From Akkermansiaceae bacterium (GTDB taxonomy: Bacteria > Verrucomicrobiota > Verrucomicrobiia > Verrucomicrobiales > Akkermansiaceae), in the NCBI GenBank assembly GCA_051251915.1, contig JBPOGF010000005.1:64001-128000 (forward strand): a stretch of DNA of 64,000 nucleotides, written 5' to 3'. The position numbers and the translations under genes were made by a program. Positions 8,987-18,688 of the stretch are shown one piece after another. The notes beneath the pieces are model-generated. The model saw nothing but the letters and a program-made list of their open reading frames with translations. It made no database searches and was not told the origin of the DNA. Positions within the stretch are counted from its first letter, which is position 1. Each line of letters starts with the position of its first letter.

Positions 8987-10987
8987 ATGAGTGAGATACG
9001 AGATGAGGTTGGGGTGTTGGTGACGGGTTCACTGGGAGGGCGTGATGGTGAGGTGGATGGTAGGGTGGCTGAGGTGGTGGGGAGTGTGGATGAGGGGGCA
9101 TTGGTTGTTTTGAAGGGGGTGTTTGCTGGTGGGGGGAGAGTGGTGCCTTGGTATAAGTATAGGTGTTGGTGGCGGTTGGGTTTGTGGGTGGTGTTTTTGG
9201 TGATGATGGTGTGCAGTTATTTTGTGGGGAGGGGGCAGGTGAGGGATATTTCGATGGCTGTTGCTACGAGTGGTTTTTCGGGTGGGTATCTCAGTACGTT
9301 TTCTAAATCAGGTTCTTCTGGTGAGCTTGGTAGGTTTAGTGAGGAGGAGAAGCGGTTTCTTGGTGGTGATCCTGTTGATTTATGGATGGGTGATAGGGGT
9401 GATAAGGGGTATGCGGCTGATTATGTGATTTCTTATGAATCTATGCATGGTGTGTTTCCTGCTGATCTGCTTGAGATAGGGAAGGAGGCAGATCCAGATA
9501 ATCCGTGGTATTTGTATCTGAAGGTGGCAGAGCTGGATTCTGAGGCTGTGGAGGTGGTGAAGCCCAGTGGGGTGAAGAATAATAAGTTTAGGATGGTGAG
9601 GAAGTACACGGTGCTTGATGAGGGGATGTATGAGGAGGCTTTAGGGTTGCTGGAGGAGGCTGATGGTATGGGGAGGTTGGTACAGCATCGGTATAAGTTG
9701 TTAGAGAGGCGGTTGGGGGTTTATAAGTCTAAGATGGAGCCTAATTTTAGAAATAAGGCTTTTTGGATTACTGAGGCTATCTCACATTCTTATGGTGGGA
9801 TGCATTATTTGAGGGTGGTTGAGATGTTTGGTGCGAAGTTTTATGAGCTTTCGCTGAATGGGGATAGGGGAGAGGTGGAGAAGTGGCTGGGGATTTATGA
9901 GCGGTTTGTGGGGGCGATTTTAGAGGATGAGAATAATCTGATAGAGATGCTTATTGTGAAGGCGGCGCTTACGGGGAATTTATCTCTTATGAAGGCAGCT
10001 GCTGAGAGGGTGGGGCTGGATAACGAGGCTGATAGAGTAGAGGCGTGTCTTGGTTTGTTAGAGGGGAATGAGGTTTTGCTGAAGGCGAAGAGGGATGCGA
10101 ATGAGCCGCCGGATGCTGGGATATGTGGGGTTTTTGGGAGGTATATGTTTGATAGTAAGGTGAGTCTTGAGGGGCGGCAGCTAGGTGCGGATGATTTTGC
10201 TTGGGAGCGGAATGGGGATCATTCTTTGCTGACGAAATGGCTAGCTTTGGTGATGAGTGTGATTTTGATGGTGATGTTATTTTTTGGAGCGAGTTATTTG
10301 TTGTATAGGGGTAAGTTAGGTAGGGTGATGGGGAGTAGGTTGATTGGTGTTTTGAGTTGGAAGGAGTGGGTTGGGGTTGTTTGTTTTGGGGTGCTTTTTC
10401 CGATTTTATTTTATTATGTGATTAACCAGTTTAGTTCACTGGGTGTGCGGAGGTGGGGGATCTTTGCGGGTGGGGGGTATTCTGTGTTGGTTCAGTTTGT
10501 TAGTATGGTTTTGCTGGTGTTGTGGATGAGTTATGTGTGCTTGCGGTGGCGGCTGAGTGTGAGGTTGCCGGGTGTGGTGAGGGGGAATGGTGTTTGGGAG
10601 TGGCTGGCAGTGGCGGGAGCTTTGGGTTCTTTGTTGTTGGTGGGGTGGAGTGGATATGAGATGGGGTGGGTAATTTGTGTTTGCTTGGGTTTGTTGATGT
10701 ATTCATTTGGGTATTTCTTGGTGAGGGGGATGCGAGGGCTGATAGATCAGAGGGGGGTGATGGCTGTGGCTGTGATGAATCATGGGATGATTTCTTTGAT
10801 GGCATTGTTCTCGATATTGATGATGTTGATGGTGCCGTTTTATTATGCTGATGAGCAACGGTGTGTGCGGGAGGATGAGTTGTTTACGTTTGATCCTGAG
10901 AAGTATTTTGAAGATGAGCATTCTTGGGAAGTGAGGGAAAATATGAGGAAGGAGTTGAAGGGGTATTTGGAGATGATTCGGAGATGA
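8987..10987 (+). CDS. Hypothetical multi-pass membrane protein (paralog B)
   Basis: 666-aa ORF with same topology; shares DP.N..Y.YL, KFYELS.NG, WRLSVRLPG with upstream gene. Confidence 0.75.
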   Translation: MSEIRDEVGVLVTGSLGGRDGEVDGRVAEVVGSVDEGALVVLKGVFAGGGRVVPWYKYRCWWRLGLWVVFLVMMVCSYFVGRGQVRDISMAVATSGFSGGYLSTFSKSGSSGELGRFSEEEKRFLGGDPVDLWMGDRGDKGYAADYVISYESMHGVFPADLLEIGKEADPDNPWYLYLKVAELDSEAVEVVKPSGVKNNKFRMVRKYTVLDEGMYEEALGLLEEADGMGRLVQHRYKLLERRLGVYKSKMEPNFRNKAFWITEAISHSYGGMHYLRVVEMFGAKFYELSLNGDRGEVEKWLGIYERFVGAILEDENNLIEMLIVKAALTGNLSLMKAAAERVGLDNEADRVEACLGLLEGNEVLLKAKRDANEPPDAGICGVFGRYMFDSKVSLEGRQLGADDFAWERNGDHSLLTKWLALVMSVILMVMLFFGASYLLYRGKLGRVMGSRLIGVLSWKEWVGVVCFGVLFPILFYYVINQFSSLGVRRWGIFAGGGYSVLVQFVSMVLLVLWMSYVCLRWRLSVRLPGVVRGNGVWEWLAVAGALGSLLLVGWSGYEMGWVICVCLGLLMYSFGYFLVRGMRGLIDQRGVMAVAVMNHGMISLMALFSILMMLMVPFYYADEQRCVREDELFTFDPEKYFEDEHSWEVRENMRKELKGYLEMIRR

Positions 10988-11089
10988 TTCGGTGATGATC
11001 TGGTTGGCTGGGGGTAAGTTTTAGGTTCTTTTGATTGGTGGTATTTTGGTTGGCACGATTTTATTGAGATGCTAGTTTTGGGTATCATT

Positions 11090-11431
11090 ATGAGAATAAT
11101 ATATAAGACTATGTTGATGGGTGGGGCTGCTGCGTGTGTGGTGGGGTTCACTTCGTGTGCGGGGACTGATGCTGTGGCTGAGGTTAGTCATTTAGGTGGT
11201 GTTGGGAAGAAGGGGGTGAAGACTGTGGAGATGGAGCTGATGGGGTTGGTCTGAGTGTCTTCATGCCCAGCGAAGGTGCGGTCTGCACTTTCTGAGCTTG
11301 ATGGAGTGATTTCAGCAGAGACTACGCAGACGTCTGCGGTGGTGGTGCTGGATAGAGATAAGGTGACGGATACTCAGTTGATCGATGCGGTGCGGGGTGC
11401 TGGGAATGATTTTGATGCTAGGGTGAAATAA
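11090..11431 (+). CDS. Heavy-metal-associated (HMA) domain lipoprotein, probable selenoprotein (UGA=Sec at 11252-11254)
   Basis: Lipobox FTSC; read-through gives ELMGLV-U-VSSCPAKVRSALSELDGVISAE...FDARVK, an HMA fold with UxxxC; SECIS-like hairpin follows the UGA. Confidence 0.8.
11252..11306 (+). promoter_or_regulatory. Bacterial SECIS element candidate
   Basis: Upper stem gaaggtgc (11272-11279)/gcactttc (11285-11292), G-starting loop ggtct about 25 nt after UGA; lower stem cttcat/atggag. Confidence 0.7.
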
Positions 11432-11448
11432 TGGATTTAGTAGTTTAA

Positions 11449-11766
11449 TTGACTATGAGCTTGAAACAGGAGAGGGTAGATCCTTATGAGACGCCATTGA
11501 CAGATGCTAGGTTGGTGGCGGCAGAGGATGCGGGAGCGGGTGCTCCGGTGAGGGGGGTGGTTAAGGAGTTTCCTGGTGTGCGGGTGACTGGGAGAAGGGC
11601 GGGTTTTGTGACGGTTGTCGCGGGCGTGATGTTAGGTATGGGGGTGAATGGTTTTATGGATTCGGCGATATTTGGTATAGTACTTTTCCAGGTCTTGGCT
11701 GTTTGGGTGGCGTCTGTGGTGATGTTTCTGATCTCTTGTATGAGGAGGATAAAGATGGTGGGGTGA
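11449..11766 (+). CDS. Small hypothetical membrane protein
   Basis: DPYETP motif plus two hydrophobic helices; start uncertain. Confidence 0.55.
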   Translation: MTMSLKQERVDPYETPLTDARLVAAEDAGAGAPVRGVVKEFPGVRVTGRRAGFVTVVAGVMLGMGVNGFMDSAIFGIVLFQVLAVWVASVVMFLISCMRRIKMVG

Positions 11767-11821
11767 GGGCTTAGTGCGATTTTTCATTGATAAATGAGTT
11801 TGGGGACGGCATAAATCTGTC

Positions 11822-12688
11822 ATGAACATGATCTACCACACTCTTCTTAATGTGCCATCAGCGGTTGCTGCTGGTGAGCCGACTCTTATCTCAGCGATTG
11901 GGACCTTGGTGATGTTAATCGCTTTGCAGGCGGTGTTAGGATTTGATAACTTACTTTACATTTCTCTGGAGTCTAAGCGTGCTCCTAAGGAATCTCAGGC
12001 TAATGTGCGGAAGTGGGGGATAGGTATTGCGGTGGCTTTGAGGATTGTGTTGTTGTTCACTCTTGTGGCGTTGGTGTCTAAGATTTCTAATTCATTGTTT
12101 GCTGTGGATACTGAGTGGTTTAGTGGTGATTTTAATTTGCATGCGATCATTGTTTTGATTGGTGGTGTGTTTATTTTATACACGGCGACTAAGGAAGTGC
12201 TGCATATGATGCGGATAGAGCATGGGCATGGGGTGGATACTAAGCCTGCGTCTGTGAAGAAGGTGGTGAGTATGATCGTGGCGGTGAATGTGGTGTTTTC
12301 TTTTGACTCTATTCTTTCTGCTATGGCACTGGCTCAGTATAAGGATGTTGATGGTAGTGTGCATCATATTATGTGGGTGATGGTGGTGGCTATTTTGATC
12401 TCTGGTGTGTTGATGATTTGGTTAGCGGATAAGGTTTCTGAGTTCTTGCAGAGGAATCGTATGTATGAGGTTCTTGGGTTGTTTATTCTTTTTGTGGTGG
12501 GCATCATGCTTCTTACAGAGGGGGCGCATCTGGGGCATATGAAGTTGTTTGGAAATGCCATTATGCCGATGACTAAGACGACGTTCTACTTTGTGATCGC
12601 GGTGTTGGTGGTGACTGATATTGTGCAGACTCGCTATCAGAAAAAGCTTCTATCGGAGACGGCTAGGGCTGAGGATAATGCAGCTTAA
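11822..12688 (+). CDS. TerC family membrane protein
   Basis: LQAVLGFDN, LRIVLL, VFSFDSILSA motifs, multiple TMs. Confidence 0.88.
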   Translation: MNMIYHTLLNVPSAVAAGEPTLISAIGTLVMLIALQAVLGFDNLLYISLESKRAPKESQANVRKWGIGIAVALRIVLLFTLVALVSKISNSLFAVDTEWFSGDFNLHAIIVLIGGVFILYTATKEVLHMMRIEHGHGVDTKPASVKKVVSMIVAVNVVFSFDSILSAMALAQYKDVDGSVHHIMWVMVVAILISGVLMIWLADKVSEFLQRNRMYEVLGLFILFVVGIMLLTEGAHLGHMKLFGNAIMPMTKTTFYFVIAVLVVTDIVQTRYQKKLLSETARAEDNAA

Positions 12689-13904
12689 GCTTGATAGATT
12701 TTTTGCTGAGGTTGAGCAGTTTTGTGAGTTTGGTGAGCGGACGCTGACCGAGCATAAGGAGATCTGTGGGCAGAGTGTGGCGTTTTATGTGAATGAGTTC
12801 TGGACGTCTAAGCAGCGGGTGGCGCATCCGCTGCATGAGGTTTCATACCGGGCTTGTTTTAAGCCGCAGTTGCCGAGGTTTTTTGTGGAGAGGCTGACGG
12901 TGGAGGGGGATGTGGTTTATGATCCATTTATGGGTAGGGGGACTACGTTACTGGAGTCTGCTCTGATGGGGCGTAGGGTGGCTGGGAATGATATTAATCC
13001 GCTGAGTAAGATTTTGTGTTTGCCTAGGTTGAGCCCACCGAGTTTGGAGGAGGTGGGTGTGAGGTTAGATGAAATTTCGCTAGAGGCTACGGTGGAGTCT
13101 AGGAGGGGTGAGGATGAGGAGTTGTTGGCATTTTATCATGAGGATACTCTGAGTGAGATTAGTGCACTGCGGGGTTATTTTGTGGGTCGTGAGGAGGCTG
13201 GGGAGCTGGATGGGGTGGATAGGTGGATAAGGATGGTGGCTACGAATCGGCTTACGGGTCATTCTCCGGGGTTTTTCTCGGTGTATACGATGCCGCCGAA
13301 TCAGGCGGTGACGGCGGAGCGGCAGCGGATGATCAATGAGAAGCGTGGGCAGGTGCCGGTGGCGAAGGATGTGAGGGCGATTATTTATAAGAAGTCTAAG
13401 CAGTTGTTGAGTAGGGTGACGGTTTTTGATGAGAAGTTATTAGAGGGTGCAGAGCCTTTGTTGACTACGAGTCAGGCAGAGAGCACGGATGAGATTCCGA
13501 GTGGGAGTGTGAAGCTGGTGGTGACTTCGCCGCCGTTTCTTGATGTGGTGGACTACAGGACGGATAATTGGTTGCGGTGTTGGTTTAATGGGATTGATTC
13601 CTCTGAATTGCCGATTTCTCAGCTTAAGTCTGAGGAATTGTGGGTGGGGAAGATGACGGAGGTGTTTAGGGAGTTGGGGCGATTGTTGGAAGATGATGGG
13701 GTGGTGGCATTTGAGGTGGGGGAGGTGAAGAAGGGGAAGTTGATGTTGGAGGAGCTGGTGATCAGAGCGGCCTTGGGGGCGGGGCTGACTGTTCATGGTG
13801 TGATGATCAATGCGCAGGAATTTACGAAGACGGCGAACTGTTGGGGGGTGGATAACAAGTCGAAGGGGACGAATACGAACCGGATTGTGATCCTCTCAAA
13901 GTAG
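12678..13904 (+). CDS. DNA amino-methyltransferase (N4-C/N6-A), no cognate restriction gene adjacent
   Basis: Motif I DPFMGRGTT before motif IV TSPPF; start trimmed to MQLKLDRFF. Confidence 0.85.
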   Translation: MQLKLDRFFAEVEQFCEFGERTLTEHKEICGQSVAFYVNEFWTSKQRVAHPLHEVSYRACFKPQLPRFFVERLTVEGDVVYDPFMGRGTTLLESALMGRRVAGNDINPLSKILCLPRLSPPSLEEVGVRLDEISLEATVESRRGEDEELLAFYHEDTLSEISALRGYFVGREEAGELDGVDRWIRMVATNRLTGHSPGFFSVYTMPPNQAVTAERQRMINEKRGQVPVAKDVRAIIYKKSKQLLSRVTVFDEKLLEGAEPLLTTSQAESTDEIPSGSVKLVVTSPPFLDVVDYRTDNWLRCWFNGIDSSELPISQLKSEELWVGKMTEVFRELGRLLEDDGVVAFEVGEVKKGKLMLEELVIRAALGAGLTVHGVMINAQEFTKTANCWGVDNKSKGTNTNRIVILSK

Positions 13905-14443
13905 TGGGGATGAGGACGGGACATGGCATTATTTTAAGGCTGACTAAGCTTACGGAGACGAGCTTGATAGTGACTTGGTGTGTGGAAGGGGTGGGGCTGG
14001 TGAAGACTGTGGCGAAGGGGGCGAGGCGGCCGAAGAGTGCGTTTGCAGGGAAGCTGGATTTGTTTTATTCTGCTGAGTTGTCTTGGGTGCCGAGTGCTAA
14101 GAGTGAGCTTGGTACGCTGAGGGAGCTAGTAGTGGCTGAATATGCTGAGGGGATACGTAAGATTTATAAGAACACGATGGTGGCGGGGTATTTCGCAACT
14201 TTACTAGAGTATGTGATGGAGGCTGGTGAGGTGGATGATGATGCTTATGGGCTGCTGGTCCGAGCTTATCGGTATCTTACTGAGAAGCCAGTAGAATGGA
14301 AGGCGGTGGTTCATTTTGAGAAGGAGCTTACTATTTTATTAGGTGTCTGGGATGGAAAAAGTCAGCCGCATCTTTGTCTGAGACGAGCGTTTGGTGGATT
14401 GCCAAAAAACAGAACGTCTTGTGAAGATTTATTTCGAGATTGA
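13904..14443 (+). CDS. recO: DNA repair protein RecO (short form)
   Basis: GIILR..ETSLIV..G....AKGARRPKS.FAGKLDLF OB-fold motif; start may be ATG 13910. Confidence 0.85.
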   Translation: MGMRTGHGIILRLTKLTETSLIVTWCVEGVGLVKTVAKGARRPKSAFAGKLDLFYSAELSWVPSAKSELGTLRELVVAEYAEGIRKIYKNTMVAGYFATLLEYVMEAGEVDDDAYGLLVRAYRYLTEKPVEWKAVVHFEKELTILLGVWDGKSQPHLCLRRAFGGLPKNRTSCEDLFRD

Positions 14444-14542
14444 GATTAATTTTTTAAAATTACGAATTATTTTTTAAAATAAATGTCTTTCATTTCTTAG
14501 GCCCGTAGTTTAGAAAACATGATTATTAGAAGGTAGATAACT

Positions 14543-15433
14543 ATGGATTTTGGAACAGGCAACTTAATAGAAAAGCTCTCAGAGAGGGTGTTAGAACTGG
14601 TAAATGCGGGCAATTGGGATGAGGCTATGAGTGCGGCAGATGAGGCAGTAGAGATTGCGAGATCTTCTAACGATGGAGAGCTCCATGACATGATAGAGTT
14701 GGCTGGTGCGCTTGAGATTAAAGCAGACTTACTCCGTCAGCAGAATTACTTTGAAGATTCTCGGGTTATATACTTAGAGGCATCGGAAATGCTTAATGGT
14801 AAGCCGGAGTGTGCTGAAATATTGGCACGTATTAGTGCTAGTGTTGGTGTGCTGTATGATTTTGCTGAGAATGATGAAGAGGCGATTCTGTGCTATGAGC
14901 GTGCAATCGAAATGTATGAGCAGCTTGGGCCAAATTTTGTAGAGGAAGTAGCGGATATTTGTAATAATCTTGGATTTATCTATCGCAGTATTGGCAATAT
15001 GGATACGGCGGAAACTTTGTTTCTGAAGGGACTCGAGATTTGTCATGAAGCTTATGGCAAGAATCATGAGAAGACGGCGATCTTATTTAATAATGTGGGT
15101 GCGCTCTATCTCAAGTCTGGCTATGATGAGCAGGCACGGAATATGCATTCATTAGCTCTAGAGGGTAGATTAGCGAGCTTGGGTGAGGATCATCCAGACA
15201 CTGCGCAGTCCTATGCGAATTTGGCGTTATCCATTGCTCAGATGGGTGAGAGGGCTAAAGCTAAAGAATTTTTCCTGAAGGCGCTGGCTATTTATGAGAG
15301 ACACATAAAGACTGAACCTGATGAGTATGCGGCAGTGGCGGCGAACTATGCGGAATTTCTCAGCACTGAGGAAGGTGATAATGGTTCATCAGAGGTGATC
15401 GAGAAGGCTCAACAGGCTTTGGCGAGTGCTTAG
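14543..15433 (+). CDS. Tetratricopeptide repeat protein
   Basis: Repeated NNLG..Y, GEDHPDTA kinesin-light-chain-type TPRs. Confidence 0.85.
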   Translation: MDFGTGNLIEKLSERVLELVNAGNWDEAMSAADEAVEIARSSNDGELHDMIELAGALEIKADLLRQQNYFEDSRVIYLEASEMLNGKPECAEILARISASVGVLYDFAENDEEAILCYERAIEMYEQLGPNFVEEVADICNNLGFIYRSIGNMDTAETLFLKGLEICHEAYGKNHEKTAILFNNVGALYLKSGYDEQARNMHSLALEGRLASLGEDHPDTAQSYANLALSIAQMGERAKAKEFFLKALAIYERHIKTEPDEYAAVAANYAEFLSTEEGDNGSSEVIEKAQQALASA

Positions 15434-15504
15434 TAATTTGCATTTAGTTTCTTAAGTTTAAAATTGAATGGCGCAGTCACAATTTATCAGATAGCCTGCG
15501 CTGT

Positions 15505-16521
15505 ATGATCTCCAGAAGGAAAATCTCTTATAAGATAACTGATTCGCTGCGGCATTATCTTTATCATTACGGGCGTCTATCAGACATCCCTTTGGTGTAT
15601 GATGATCTTACGGGATTTATTGGGGCGATACCGTATGAGGATCCTAATGGTGATGAGACTTTGTGGTTAACCGTATTTTATTCTCCTGAGGTGATGGAGG
15701 AATTGCGAGTGAAGCTGACGAAGGTTTATGCGACGCTTAAGATAGGTGGTGATAGTAGCTATCACGAGCACTTAGTTGTGGATCGTATTGATCTGGGTGA
15801 GTTTGGAAATTCTCGTCCATTTAGGATTAAGATTACGAATCAGTTTAATGATAACTCGGACTATTATTATGTGAAGGTGGCGGATGCTTCTAGGATCTAC
15901 GGGCTTGAGTTAGAGCATATTCTTTCACCGAATAGGATGAATTATATTGTGAATGGTGATACGCTGATCGAGAACCATGTGGCGGGACTTCCTGGGGATG
16001 TATTTTTGGGTGATTTGTTACAGAGTAAGAGGATTAATGCGGTGCGAATCGCTAAGGAATTTGTGAAATTTAATGAGCGGTGTTTCATTAGGTTACTGGG
16101 TGATATGCGTTCGGTGAACTACGTGGTGGACATCACGCCCGACTTTGAGGAAGTACAGTATCGGGTTCGGCCGATTGACTTTGACCAGCAGTCTTATGAG
16201 GGGAAATGTAAGATTTATCATTCTTATAATTTCAGCTCAAATCGGAATATTACACGACTTAGTTTTAAGAGTTTGAACCGGCGTACTATTCGCCAGTATG
16301 CGGAGGAAGAACGCTCTCAGATGTCGAATCGTGCGGCCTCGGAATCTCTAAGGCTCAGGGGGCTACTACGCATCATGAAGAAGGAAGACCTAGCTCCGAA
16401 GGAGAACATTGATCGATTGATCAGAGAGCTTAACCAGATTCACAAAACAGATATTTTTAGTGAGTGCACCAATATGGGTGAACTTACGGAGAAACACATT
16501 TACTACATGTTAAAATTATGA
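15505..16521 (+). CDS. Conserved hypothetical protein, possible atypical (PI3/4K/HipA-like) kinase fold
   Basis: YYVK, LGDMRSVN, IDFD motifs in kinase order. Confidence 0.6.
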   Translation: MISRRKISYKITDSLRHYLYHYGRLSDIPLVYDDLTGFIGAIPYEDPNGDETLWLTVFYSPEVMEELRVKLTKVYATLKIGGDSSYHEHLVVDRIDLGEFGNSRPFRIKITNQFNDNSDYYYVKVADASRIYGLELEHILSPNRMNYIVNGDTLIENHVAGLPGDVFLGDLLQSKRINAVRIAKEFVKFNERCFIRLLGDMRSVNYVVDITPDFEEVQYRVRPIDFDQQSYEGKCKIYHSYNFSSNRNITRLSFKSLNRRTIRQYAEEERSQMSNRAASESLRLRGLLRIMKKEDLAPKENIDRLIRELNQIHKTDIFSECTNMGELTEKHIYYMLKL

Positions 16522-17093
16522 TCATCGCATTTAATAAACCTTACGGGGTACTCAGTCAGTTCAACGAGAATCCAGATAATCCTGGGCAGAAGACGCTAGC
16601 TTCATTTGATTTGCCACCGGAATTTACACCTGTGGGAAGGCTAGATATGGACTCTGAGGGGTTGTTGCTGATCACGGATGAGCAGCAGTTAGAGGCTGAT
16701 CTTTTGCGTCCTCATAAGCAGCATGTGCGCACCTATTTGGTGCAGGTGGATGGTAAGCCAACGTTGGCCGATATGCGTGATCTGGCGGCTGGTGGTTTAG
16801 AGATCCGTGGTCATGTTACGAAGCCTTGTTTTGCTCAATTGGTAGGTGGAGAGCCTAGAAAACTTACCCCTAGGGAGCCGGCTGTGGATGCGGCATCTGA
16901 GAAGCGTTCATCCTGGATCATGCTTAGGCTGAAAGAGGGGAAGAACCGCCAAGTGCGTAGGATGACTGCGAAGATAGGTTATCCGACTTTGAGGCTGATA
17001 CGCTCTAGTATTGGCGAGTATGACTTAGGTGACCTGGAGTCAGGCAAGTGGGTGGTGCTAGATGAGGATGATGTGGAAGCACTTAAGAAGTAG
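16518..17093 (+). CDS. rRNA pseudouridine synthase (RluE/RsuA family)
   Basis: FNKPYGVLSQF, GRLDMDSEGLL, EGKNRQVRRM. Confidence 0.9.
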   Translation: MIIAFNKPYGVLSQFNENPDNPGQKTLASFDLPPEFTPVGRLDMDSEGLLLITDEQQLEADLLRPHKQHVRTYLVQVDGKPTLADMRDLAAGGLEIRGHVTKPCFAQLVGGEPRKLTPREPAVDAASEKRSSWIMLRLKEGKNRQVRRMTAKIGYPTLRLIRSSIGEYDLGDLESGKWVVLDEDDVEALKK

Positions 17094-17150
17094 GGGGCTT
17101 CGCCTGTTATTGGGGCGGATTCTTTGGTGATTGGAAATGGAAAACTTCTG

Positions 17151-17465
17151 CTAGTTCTGTAGCTCAGTGGAGCAGGACCAGCAGGTCTCGAAATTTGCGG
17201 GGTTGGACTCGTTGCAGTGGGGGCAGTTGATGTCTGGACTGTTGGATTCCGTTTGTTCACGGAGCATGATTTCTTTGAGGATATCTAGGGCTTTCTTGTG
17301 GTCTTTCTCGTCCATGATGCAGAGGGCGGGGTAGAAGACAGGGATGGGGATTTCAGTCATGGCGATGGATTCATTTCTGAGGAGAGTTGCTATGCCTTGC
17401 TCTTCTAGTGCGCGCTGGTAGAAGCTTACTTTGATGAGGTTGGCGTGTCTGAAGATCTCTGTCAT
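17151..17465 (-). CDS. DUF2007 domain protein with C-terminal zinc ribbon
   Basis: LEEQGI..LLRNE; CPHC..N..NFETCWSC. Confidence 0.75.
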   Translation of the reverse strand: MTEIFRHANLIKVSFYQRALEEQGIATLLRNESIAMTEIPIPVFYPALCIMDEKDHKKALDILKEIMLREQTESNSPDINCPHCNESNPANFETCWSCSTELQN

Positions 17466-17504
17466 GTTGTTTAGTATAGTCGAGCAAGGGGAATAAGCGA
17501 AAAC

Positions 17505-17534
17505 AAAAAAGGGCCCAAGGTTGGACCTTGAAGT
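17505..17534 (-). terminator. Terminator-like hairpin (direct repeat copy 1)
   Basis: cccaaggttggaccttga core next to A6 (U-tract on minus strand). Confidence 0.6.
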
Positions 17535-17567
17535 TGTTGAAAGAGAGCTTGGGCGGGTTTCTTCACA

Positions 17568-18671
17568 CTAGCTTAGGCATTCAGGCTTGATGTCCTGAAT
17601 GCTTTTGCAGCCAGCTAGTGCCATGGTCATTTCTAGTTCGGCTCTTAGGATGCGGAGTGTGTGTGCTACGCCTACGGCTCCTGCTGCGGCGAGGCCGTAG
17701 AGGATGGGGCGGCCTGTCATGACTGCATTTGCGCCTAGTGCGAGGGCTTTGAAGACGTCGCTACCGCGGTGGATTCCGCCGTCTAAGATGACTGGGACTT
17801 GTGAGTTTACTTCTTTTGCGATCTTAGCGAGGACTGCGAGGGTAGCTGGGGCTGTGTCTAGGACTCTGCCTCCGTGGTTGGAGATGATGATGCCTTTGGC
17901 TCCGTTTGTGATGGCTAGGCGGGCGTCTGCTGGGTGCATGACTCCTTTGAGGATGATGGGGAGGTTGGTGTGGGATGTGAGCCATTGGATATCTTCCCAG
18001 AGTGGGGCTGTTTCTAGCTGGGCGCTGCCGAAGACTCTGTCTGCTGGGGGGAGTTGGGTCATGCCTCTAAGGTTGACGGCATCGATACCGGCTGGGGGCT
18101 GGAAGTTGGCGCGGTGTTCGCGGTTACGTAGTCCATTTAGTGGGGCGTCTACGGTGACTACGAGTGCTGAGTAGCCTGCGGCTTCGGCGCGTTTTACGAG
18201 GTTTAGGGTGAATGCTCTGTCGTGCTGGATGTAGAGCTGGAACCATGGTGAGATACTGGCGTGGGCGGCTATTTCTTCTAGTGTGGTGGTGGCGGAAGTG
18301 CTGACCGTCATGAGTGTCTCTATGGCGGAGGATCCTAGGGCGGTGGCGATTTCTCCGTCTGGGTGAAACATGCGGTGATAGGCAGTGGGGGCGACGATGA
18401 TGGGGTGGTGGTATTTTGTGCCTAGAAGTTCTAGTTGGGTTGTGGCGCCGCGGAGATCTGCAAGGGCGCGGGGGATGATGGTGTGGTTGCGGTAGGCCTC
18501 GCGGTTTGATTGGAGTGTGTATTCATCTGCTGCGCCACCTGCGAGGTATGCCCAGATGCTAGGGGTCATGCGTTCTTTGGCCAGTGGGATGTAGTCATCT
18601 AGGGCAACGACATGGTGCGGAATCTGGGTGAGCGGAGGGAGGGGGGGTGGTGTGGTGGTGGACGTGGCCAT
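17568..18671 (-). CDS. FMN-dependent alpha-hydroxy acid oxidase/dehydrogenase
   Basis: APTA, WFQLY, TVDAP, ILKG, SNHGGR, DGG..RGSD; start trimmed to MATSTT. Confidence 0.9.
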   Translation of the reverse strand: MATSTTTPPPLPPLTQIPHHVVALDDYIPLAKERMTPSIWAYLAGGAADEYTLQSNREAYRNHTIIPRALADLRGATTQLELLGTKYHHPIIVAPTAYHRMFHPDGEIATALGSSAIETLMTVSTSATTTLEEIAAHASISPWFQLYIQHDRAFTLNLVKRAEAAGYSALVVTVDAPLNGLRNREHRANFQPPAGIDAVNLRGMTQLPPADRVFGSAQLETAPLWEDIQWLTSHTNLPIILKGVMHPADARLAITNGAKGIIISNHGGRVLDTAPATLAVLAKIAKEVNSQVPVILDGGIHRGSDVFKALALGANAVMTGRPILYGLAAAGAVGVAHTLRILRAELEMTMALAGCKSIQDIKPECLS

Positions 18672-18688
18672 GGTGAGTGTGGTGTCGT

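Noticed and set aside
130..14000. Many antisense or alternate-frame ORFs (e.g. 2976-3641, 3897-4280, 1166-1570, 6499-6921)
   Set aside because: They overlap well-supported genes and have biased Pro/His/Thr/Leu or Val/Gly/Trp composition, by-products of the strand skew
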